Origin: Yuukianura sp. NJ FZ-2021 | Taxonomy: Eukaryota | Direction: 5' to 3' | Assembly: GCA_046563655.1 (NCBI GenBank) | Contig: CM102285.1 | Span: forward strand, 2,356,001-2,420,000 | Length of the DNA stretch: 64,000 nucleotides | In this document: positions 54,868-64,000 of the stretch, piece by piece | Layout of the letters: the number at the start of each line of letters is the position of its first letter | Position numbering within the stretch: the first letter of the stretch is position 1 | The notes under the pieces: generated by a model | Told to the model about the DNA's origin: nothing | The model's input: the letters and a program-made list of their open reading frames with translations, nothing else | The model's database searches: none | Program-made: the position numbers and the translations under genes

Positions 54868-55382
54868 TTTCAACATGGAACGCGTTGAAACGAACAAAAA
54901 ATAAATCATTTGTGCTTTTTGCATGGAAGAAAACTTTTTAAACACGAGAATTTATTTTTTGTTGAATGAAATAAATATTAGTAAAGATTGAAAAAAAAAT
55001 AAAAATTTCGTCATCTAAATACAAAAAATTTCACGTTCATGATAACATAATGGGTTGTACTTTTTAACCCGGAATTCTTTTTTAAAAATTGTTAATTTTG
55101 AAACTAAATGGATATTCATAAAAAGAAAATAGACTAACGTCATTCAAGTTAAAAATCATGACGAAGAGTACGGATACTACCATGATGTTGAATTACAAAT
55201 TGTCACGGCCAAGAGTAGTTTTTTTCTAGCTCATCAAGTAAGATTACATGAAAAGTTTCAAGCCAATGCATATAAAAGCATAAAAATTTGAGAATTCAAT
55301 TAAAATTAATTAAAAAAGAAGCTTTTCGAAACCCACAAACATTGGAGCACTTCACGTCAAATAAGCTCTATCATCGGTTGAA

Positions 55383-56144
55383 ATGGATTTGAAACAAATT
55401 GTTAAAATAGTTTTTATAACTTCCGGATTTGTAATTGCTGTGTCCGGTTGCAACGCACCGACCAGATTTCCCATTGGATCTTACTGGGTTCCTAGCGTAA
55501 ATTGCTTTGGCACATACGACACACCAACACACCATTGCCACTGTTGGTACGTTTTAAGCTTGAAAAATTAAAAAAAAACTTTCAAAAAGTGCTTTTAAAA
55601 CATTTTGTTGTATTCCTTATGATTTTTTTAATATAATTTTGGTGAACATACATTTTGCAGTAATACATACTTGATTTGCAGGGGAAAATGTGGATTCATC
55701 TGCGACAGTATCAGCTCCCCGTCAACGGCAACATGTCGCGCACACAATCACAATGGACCAAGCCCACTCCCCGCCGGCGGAAGATGTTAAACTTTTAAAT
55801 AATTTCTTTTTAGTTTCCTAAATTTTTACACACCAAAGCATAAAACTAAAGCATAAAAAAGCATAAACACACACCAAAACATAAAAATATTTTGTAACGC
55901 TGTAAACAACTGCAACGTTTTTTTCTTTAACAATTGACGTTGAGTTTTTTATTGCAGGGGTTGCTTCTCCAGGATGTCTCCTTGGTGGAAGACCTGGAGT
56001 CGGTATTGTTCTAACACTTACGGATTAGATTATAGATGCAAAGATATAAATGTGCTGTTTTTTTTTATAGCGTTAACCATTCCGGATACCAATGAACGAT
56101 GTACTTGCTGGGCATTTTGCGGGTACATCTGCAAACCGCAGTAA
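55383..56144 (+). CDS. Small secreted Cys-rich protein, copy B, 4 exons
   Basis: CNAPT...GSYWVPSVNCFGTYDTPTHHCHCW|GKCGFICD...GCLLGGRPGVG...RCTCWAFCGYICKPQ*; TATA (TATAAAA) near 55271. Confidence 0.75.
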
Positions 56145-57528
56145 ACATTTCAAGAATTTTGACAACATCTCTTTAAATAATTTTATGACTAAAACTATTT
56201 CGTAGGTAGCAAGCGCTTTGTTGTAGAAACTTTAGCATCAGATAAGTATTTAAAAAAAACCCACAAAAAAAGATGAAGATTGACTTCATAAAATAGTCAG
56301 TCATTTCGTAATTGAGCTGATAAACTTAAAATTCGGTTCCCTTCTAAGTTGTAGGGTTTTATCAGCGACTCACTTTAAAATATTTATATATTTGCTCTAT
56401 TTTTATAATTGACTTCTGTCTATGAGCCAAAAACAAAGAAACTATTGTAGAAGTTCATTGAACCAAACAAAAAACATGCAAAGTAAAATGCCATGTGTCT
56501 TTTCACCTACTTTTTCAAAAAAAAATAAGTTCAATTTGTTTTGTTTCTGTAGCCTCTTAATTGTGTTTTTGAACCAAGGATTGATTTATCAGCTAAATTT
56601 GAACTAACGATGCTTTAAATACTGTGTGGTGAACATATAAATTACTGTCATTAAATGTTTTTGGCTTTATCAAATACGTTTTGTAATTTTTCTGATAGTA
56701 AATACAGTGTATAAGTTCACTGTAGTCATCTATTTCAAAATTATTCGTTTTCTTAAGCTCTTTGTTTGAAATTCTTTTGAAAAATAGATTTTAAGCTGCG
56801 GACAACATACTTCTTTGTTTTATTTCCCACAATTCTACAAATGGCCTTTGAGATAAAAGTTCTGAGAAAGTTCCTTTTGAAACAGATACGTTGAAACGTT
56901 TCAAAATTTCCGACTTTCAGAAGTGAAAAATAAAATGAGCTGCTTTATTTTTGGACTTTGAACTGACTATCGCATTGTTCACTTTGACCTTTCTCTCTGT
57001 ATTGTTAGATTGTGAACATTCGTGGCCGTGGCCACGGACCAACCAAACTCAAAAACCATTTCAGTATTCAACTAAACCTTGACATTGGAGGAGGTCGTAG
57101 TCAATAGCAAAAATATTTTAGTAGCAATTAGACAAAGGTAGAATGACTCTACCTTACTGCTTTTTACGTTTGTATTCATATTAAAATTAGTGTATCATAA
57201 TTACACTTTTAATGGAGTTGGCAATAACGTAAAGGTAATTCCAAGCCGCACTCAGCGGCAGTCGAGTTAGTAAAATAGTTATTAGTTCGAAGAAGTTGAA
57301 AAGCAGAGGCGCCCAGGTACAACAATTGTACAATTAAGTGAAGATAATAAGCAGTGTATTTAGTCTAATTGTCCTTTCACTTGAAATCAACAGGCGTCTA
57401 CCTTGACTCAGTTGATGGAGATACGAACTCAAAGGTCACGACCATTCTAGTTCCAGCGTCGCCTAAGATCACTTCAAATCGCATCCGAAAGCACCGAACA
57501 AACTGGTTTTCAACTAAAATTTTTCAAA

Positions 57529-60500
57529 ATGACAATCATCCGCCATGACAGTGCCAAAAACGGAGAAGATACACAGGTAAAGTAAATCATAACATCACAA
57601 AAAGCAATCAAAATTATGTAAAGTTCATTTGGTTTAAAGTTTCTGTAAACTTGTGCTTTATGCTACGTTTTCAACAATAGACTTAAAACTTTATTTTTCA
57701 AATTAGTAGCAACGTGCTAAATTGATTACTTCTAAAGCTTCAAGCTAAGTCGTTAGCAAAAAATCTTATCTTTTTGTTTGGAAATTTGCAGGTCGATGAT
57801 GGACGGAAACTGCGTTACCCCAAATCCATTTTCTTCATCGTCGTGACGGAATTTTGCGAGAGGTTTAGTTACTACGGAATGCGAGCTGTTCTGACCATTT
57901 ACATGCGGAATGTCCTCAACTTCTCAGATGATCTCAGTACCACCATCTACCACGTTTTCCTGTTGTTGTGTTATGGCCTACCACTTTTTGGCGGGATTTT
58001 GGCCGATTCGTACATTGGCAAATACTGGACCATCGTGTACCTGTCGTCTGTCTACGCACTTGGCAACGTCGTCCTCACTGCCGCGTCGATTCAACCGCTT
58101 CACATGCCTATCGAGTAAGTTTTCGATGCACATTTTAAAACCAGCGGCAAATTCAAATTTCGAAATTATTAATTTGTTTGCCAGGGCCCTCAGTCTTACA
58201 GGACTGCTGCTAATGGCAATTGGAACTGGAGGAATCAAGCCATGCGTAGTAGCGTTGGGCGGAGAACAATTTAAACTTCCCGCGCAAGAAAAACTTTTGA
58301 AACAATTTTTTGCCGTTTTTCTGTTTGTTGTAAGTATTGGCAACATGGTAGCTACTGTATCTACTCCCATGCTCAGAAGAGACATTTCGTGCTTTGGGGA
58401 AGACACTTGTTATCCCCTGGCATTTGGTGTTCCTGGAATTTTAATGGCAGTTGCCATAAGTGAGTTTATGAATTCTAATAGAAAAGTTAAAATGAAAATG
58501 AAAATTGTAAGGTCATTCCAAGGTCACCTCACAAATGTCATTTTTTTTAACTTCTAGGTGTGTTCATTGGTGGCCGTTGTTTGTATAAAATCAAACCACC
58601 GGAAGACAACATTTTTGTACGCGTCATCAAATGTGCTTTGGTACGTTCATGTGAAATCAAAAACTCAATTCCAAAAATAATGAAATGAATGTTACAAGTT
58701 TTTAATTCTTGATTTCTTAAATCAGTTTGCGTTGAAGGAGAAGATGACGGGAAGCGGTGAAGCGAAAAAGCACTGGCTGGACTATGCCAGTAGTCGCTAT
58801 GACGACAAACTCGTCAGCGATAGCAAAGGCCTCTTCCGTGTCCTGGTGTACTACTTACCAGTTCCAATGTTCTTTGCCCTCTACGAACAACTCGTAAGTC
58901 AAGCGTGGTTGTTTTACAACAGAAATTTGTAATTTCATTTTCCATTGTTCGGTGCACACTAAGGTAAATTTTAAATTTTAATGCTTTTTTGTATGTCAAG
59001 GGGTCACGTTGGACATTACAAGCTACACGGATGAATGGGTATCTCGGAAATGGATTCATGATCAAACCAGATCAAATGCAGGTAACTTTGGCACAATGAA
59101 TCATAAAATTTAAAATGCATATTTCTATTACTTTACTTACAATTTTATTTTTGAATTCAGGTAGCAAATGCCATTTTGCTATTCATCTTCATCCCGTTTT
59201 TCGAAACTGTGGTGTACCCTATCTTCCGCAAATGCAATCTTCTGAATCGCCCTTTACAAAAAATGGTTGTCGGCGGCGTCCTTGCAAGTTTGGCCTTCGT
59301 TTCAGCAGGAATCGTCGAAACAAACATAGAAGTAACAAACAATGATTCATACACACGTGATTTCAAAATTTTCAAAATTAGCAAGCGCTAATTTTGAATT
59401 ACCATACATGGTATACCCAGTAGCAAAGGTTAATGAGAGTGGTTCATTTTTTTCTTTTCCAGAATTCGGTATCCCTCCAACACTCTAATGGAGACAACTA
59501 TCTAAACTTCATCAACACGATCTCATGTCCCGTCCATGTTCAAACTCAAGGGCAATTACATGACCTCCACAAGGCTGAGGTCACAGCATTTCTGCCAATG
59601 ACAATTCCAGCAAGGGGAAACACGATTTCACCGTCATTGCCACCCAATCAAAGCATGGTTGGCCTCCACTTCCGTTTAGACGAGGGCTGTGCCCATTCGT
59701 TTGGTAATGATGAGATAACATCCTGGAAAGGTCAGGTGAGCATTGACCTTGGAGTTCACTCCGTTGTCATTGCACAAGTTCAAGGAAAAATGGCAATCAA
59801 CGTTATGAATTCACCCGAAGACCTTGCAAAGTCTAAAGAAGGAAATGCAAAACTGAGGTGAGTCATTCATGACTCAAAGTAATTGCGTAATATGTATGTA
59901 AAAATTACTTTATTTTTATTCATACCTCATTGAATTGCAAAAATTTACTCCAAATTTTGTTTTGTTGCAGAGTTTTATTGACAAGATCACAGCTTCTTGG
60001 AAAACAAAATACCAAAAGACCAATAGTAATTGATGTTTTGAAAAATTCCATCCCAGCGTACCATGAAAATTTGAATTCCGCCGATGACTCTTCATCCTTT
60101 GTGCAATTTACTTCTACTTTTGAAGTGGAACCGAACCAGTAAGTCCAAAAAAAATGAAATACAGTCTTAGCCCTTTCATTTCGTAAACCGGTTTCGGCAG
60201 GAAGCTTGAATTTGAAAAAAAAAAAACCAAGATGGACTGACTGAAAAGAACGAAATTCATCTTTCCAAGCTTTATGTGCATTCGCTAAATTTTTGAAACA
60301 TGGATTTTTTTTTCATTAGGTACGAAATTGGAATTGTGTGGGAAACTTCTGAAAATGACACAGTCACTACAGTACTGCCAACACAAGTTAAAATGGGAAC
60401 TGGAGGCAGTTACATACTAGGCATTTACGAGGCGCTCAATTCGTCAACTGAATTTCAGGTATGATTTTTCCAAAAAAAATTAACCCACGTTAGATTAGGG

Positions 60501-61720
60501 ATGCTTAACTTCCGTGTCTGGAAACGGAACTTTTGCCCGTTTCCGCTTCGTTTCCGTTTCCAAGTATTTTAGAAACGAAAAATCCGTGTCGTTTCCGTTT
60601 CGTTTCCGTTTCCACTTGGCATTGGAACCGTTTCCTAGTAGGAAACGACACGGAAACGGATTAGACGTCACATTATATTTTTTGTGTAGTTCTTAACCAA
60701 AATTGTGACCCAAACTTGAAATATAACAGTTCTCTGGCAGAGTTTTTATCATTGTTATCTTTCAATTGTTCTCTCTCTTATCTGACGCACGTTGCGTCAA
60801 CTTTTAGTGTGATTTTTACTGCAGCAGTGACAGATAAGGCCCTCGGAGAATAGAAAATATATTAAGAGGTGACTAATGGTTCGGAATTAGACTATGTTTT
60901 GCAGTAAAAACTGCCTTCGGGAAATTTTGACCGTTTCTGTTTCGTTCCGTTTCGTTTCCGTGTCGTTTCCTTTCCTTCCATTTTTGAGGAGTTCCGTTTC
61001 TTTTTCGGAAAAATCCGTTTCCGTTTTCTCGTGGAAACGGAACGGAACGGCACATGAACACCCCTACGTTAGATTAATTTAGATTATATAATATTTACAT
61101 TATATTAAAAGTTAATCGCAAAAGTTTTACAATTCCTTAATGTTCTTTAGGAGGAGCTTTTGACGCTTACCAAAGAAAATCAAATACACATACTCTGGCT
61201 ACTTCCGCAGTACGTGTTAATAGCATGGGCCGAAGTTTTATTCATAATTTCTGGAATGGAATTCTCTTTTACAGAGGTGCGTTTGAATTCGTTTTATTTT
61301 GTAGTTTGATTCCAATTTATTGAAAGTCATTTGTAAACTTAAAATTAATTTTCATTTTTCTTTGCAAATGTTTAGGCTCCAGAAAGTATGAAAAGCGTAG
61401 TTCAATCTTGTTGGCACTTAGCAAACGCAACAGGGAATGCCATTGTGATCATATCCGCTCAACTTAATATTAACCAGGTAAGTAGCAGAAAGTTTTTCAT
61501 TCTCTTTAACCCTGTTTTCACACGCTTAAACTTTAAATGTTTGGGAAAATATTTTCTGAATTAGATTTCCGAATTTTTTGGATTTGCTACTCTTATGGGA
61601 ATAGATACCTTAATTCTAAGTCTAATGGCCATGCGCTACAAGTATGTTGGCCAAGGGAAGAGAAGCTCAAGCGTATCTCACCCTACTGAAGCCACAAATG
61701 AAATTGAAAGCAAATTTTAA
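57529..61720 (+). CDS. Proton-dependent oligopeptide transporter (SLC15/PepT, yin/opt1-like), multi-exon
   Basis: YPKSIFFIVVTEFCERFSYYGMR, GTGGIKPCV, CYPLAFGVPGILM, GSRWTLQATRMNG, IKPDQMQ, WLLPQY, EAPESMKSV. Confidence 0.92.
60496..61066. mobile_element. hAT-type MITE in a PepT intron
   Basis: Termini TAGGGATG...CACCCCTA; perfect 8-bp TSD CGTTAGAT (60488-60495 and 61067-61074); many subterminal AAACGG/CCGTTT motifs. Confidence 0.85.
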
Positions 61721-62129
61721 GTTGCCCTTTTGAAAACCTTTAACTTATTTTAAATTAATAATATACATCCATACAACTTTTTAAGTTTGTCCTGTCGAAA
61801 GTAAGCTTAAAATATGACTTACTGCAGTAACTATAGATTTAATATCTTATCTTTCACTTTAATTGCTTTTATCTTGTCTTCATCTCCTAGATTTAGTATT
61901 TGTAGCGCCATTTTCGCTACTAAGGTTACTATGCTTATGATTATTGTGCATCCAAGGTAATGTTGGCAATCGGTAGACTATAGCAATCTGCTCATGATGA
62001 ATGTTTCCAATGGGATTTATGAACAACCGCCTAGAGTTGTATATGTTTACGCGCGATAACAGAGATATTCATTACCACATTTATGCGGCAAATGTTTCTG
62101 AACGTACGGCAGTACAATATCTCTAAACA

Positions 62130-63800
62130 ATACTGCTTTAATTGTGCGGATACACAAAGTTAAAAACCGTATTGAATATAATCTTGTGGAATCTTGCAAA
62201 ATCTTGTGAAATTGGAAGAAATGATGTTGGTTTGAATGAGGCCAACCTAACTTAACGCTGAAAACCACACTTTTGATTTTCTCCAAGCTTCGAAGATTCA
62301 TGGATTTACTCTATGCATTTCAAAAATGTTGGAAACAAGAACCATTAATTTAAATTAAAATGCTTATGTAAAGGTTGTTGACATCAACGTAAGCGAGGTG
62401 ACTACCCGGCTTCCTGGATCATATTCGTCGCCCATATAACGATTTAGTAGTTAGCGTTTCTCTCTTAAATCCAACACCAGCATTGCATTACCGCTTATAA
62501 TGAAAATTTATTAGACACCTTTACTTTCCAAATCTAACTTTCTCGCTTCCAAAAAACACCAAAGAAGAAACAACAAACAGATCAATTACCTGTTAGTCAA
62601 AAATTTCATCAGCACTGGCAGAATTACGACAGCTTTGAGCAACAAAATGTTGCGTACATCCGTTTTCAACGCTTCCGTCATGTAAAAGGTCATCTACAAA
62701 AAGTACCAAAGGTTTATTAAACCTTAATCTATGTAATAGTCAATTGTAAATGAAACAAATTATTCCTTTGCTAACATCATCAAAAGAAACGTTTGATGCG
62801 AGTGGATTTGCGAACGTTTTCTCCAAATTTTCGATTATATAACTGTTGAAAATTTTCTGAAGTTTATTATTTTGTCACTCCTCTGTAGCAGCTTTCAGTG
62901 CTGAGCAATTTACCAAGCCTTGGATTTCAAATTTTTCAACCATGTCTGGACGTTGATTTTTCTGTAAGGCATGCACTCAATCAAATTGATGTATTTTCAC
63001 AAATAAATAATTTAACTTTATTTAATTTGCAATCGCCTCCACCTTTTCAAGTTGCCATTCTGAAGTGCAAGCTGCACTTCTGCATGCTGCATGTCCAGTT
63101 TTTCCACGAGCGTTCCCCTCGGTATAGAAACGTCGGCGTCAGTGATCCAGCCTGCCTGGGGCAATCTTTTCATAAATGTCTACTTATTTTTGAAAAGTCT
63201 TGCAAAATCAGAGACTGCTCTCAACAAGGCAAACTGCATCAATAATGTCGGTAGCGTGATAGAATTCACCCTGTCGACGTTTCCCTTCACAGTCAACACA
63301 CACCCATGCATTTGCAGAAGAGTCTTGGGTGCTAACACGACCCGCGTTTCTTTGGACTTCTTTTCCTTTGACCCCGTCATTCGCACTTTGTGTCGCTGAC
63401 GACAAACTTCATGTTCGCAAGTGGAATCGAACTTGTTCAGGAGCGCTTCAAAATCGGCATAAACGCAATCCAATCGTTTGAGGTCTTGCTCGCCGTTAAT
63501 TACCGTATAACTAGGATTTTTAAGATGTTTTAAACGTATGCTTAACGGAAAGGGTGTCGCTTTCTTAAACGCTTCACAATCGTGGTTTCTGGCTTCTTCA
63601 GCGGCTTGTAGATGCTAGCGTCAGTTCCATCGAAGAATACAGCGATACAGTGGACGGGATAAAGCGTTTTGGAAATCTTCGGTCTCTAGACGCTAAGAAT
63701 TGCACATTTTCCGACGTACTCACCTTTTGAAATATCCGTAACGTCGTTGGTATCGTATCCAAACTGCTCTTGGGTTACCTTGCTATTACCACAAAAGTCC
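62130..63800 (-). pseudogene. Decayed relic of a second, divergent Maverick pPolB
   Basis: Fragments colinear with the intact pPolB: YADFEALL, AWVCVDCEGKRRQGEFYH, NRYMGDEYDP, AYVDVNNLY, SKSMNL; many stops and frameshifts; boundaries approximate. Confidence 0.75.
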
Positions 63801-64000
63801 AGCGTCAATGTGACTAGTTCTTCCGCTTCCAAATTCGAAACCTAACGATAGGATAAACTGGTATTAAAGCAATATCAGTGTCAAATACGTCCTTTGGAGG
63901 TCTGTAATGAAACATGCCTGAAGGTATTTGTCATGGTAATTTCTTTCTCAGAACTAAGTTTCTATAAAACAGGAAAAATGTATGATTATCAAATTTTCAT

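Noticed and set aside
60514-61082. Phe/Arg/Ser-rich ORFs
   Set aside because: Translations of the CCGTTT repeats in the hAT MITE.

Overview
Intron-rich, AT-rich animal DNA, probably arthropod; the expanded divergent GR/OR-like families suggest a springtail-like hexapod (inference, not checked). Host genes: five copies of a 3-exon 7TM chemoreceptor-like family forming an inverted duplication, NHE8/SLC9A8, PANK4, an SLC35G/EamA transporter, three more GR-type receptors, a secreted two-PAN/apple protein, a small C2H2 zinc-finger gene with PXDLS and WRPW motifs, a PRKX/Pka-C3 kinase, two Cys-rich secreted peptides and an SLC15 oligopeptide transporter, plus several MITEs. The stand-out is a 9,245-bp Maverick/Polinton-related element (38825-48069) with perfect 173-bp TIRs and a 5-bp TSD. 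It has no recognisable integrase, capsid or protease. It encodes a protein-primed DNA polymerase B split by three GT-AG introns placed in conserved motifs, a decayed zinc-finger-fused packaging ATPase, a second zinc-finger protein transcribed divergently across an (AGG)32 array, and a head-to-head pair of paralogous unknown ORFs. A second, decayed pPolB near the window end shares at least one intron position, which suggests a family of intron-bearing Mavericks. All calls were made by eye, without database searches.
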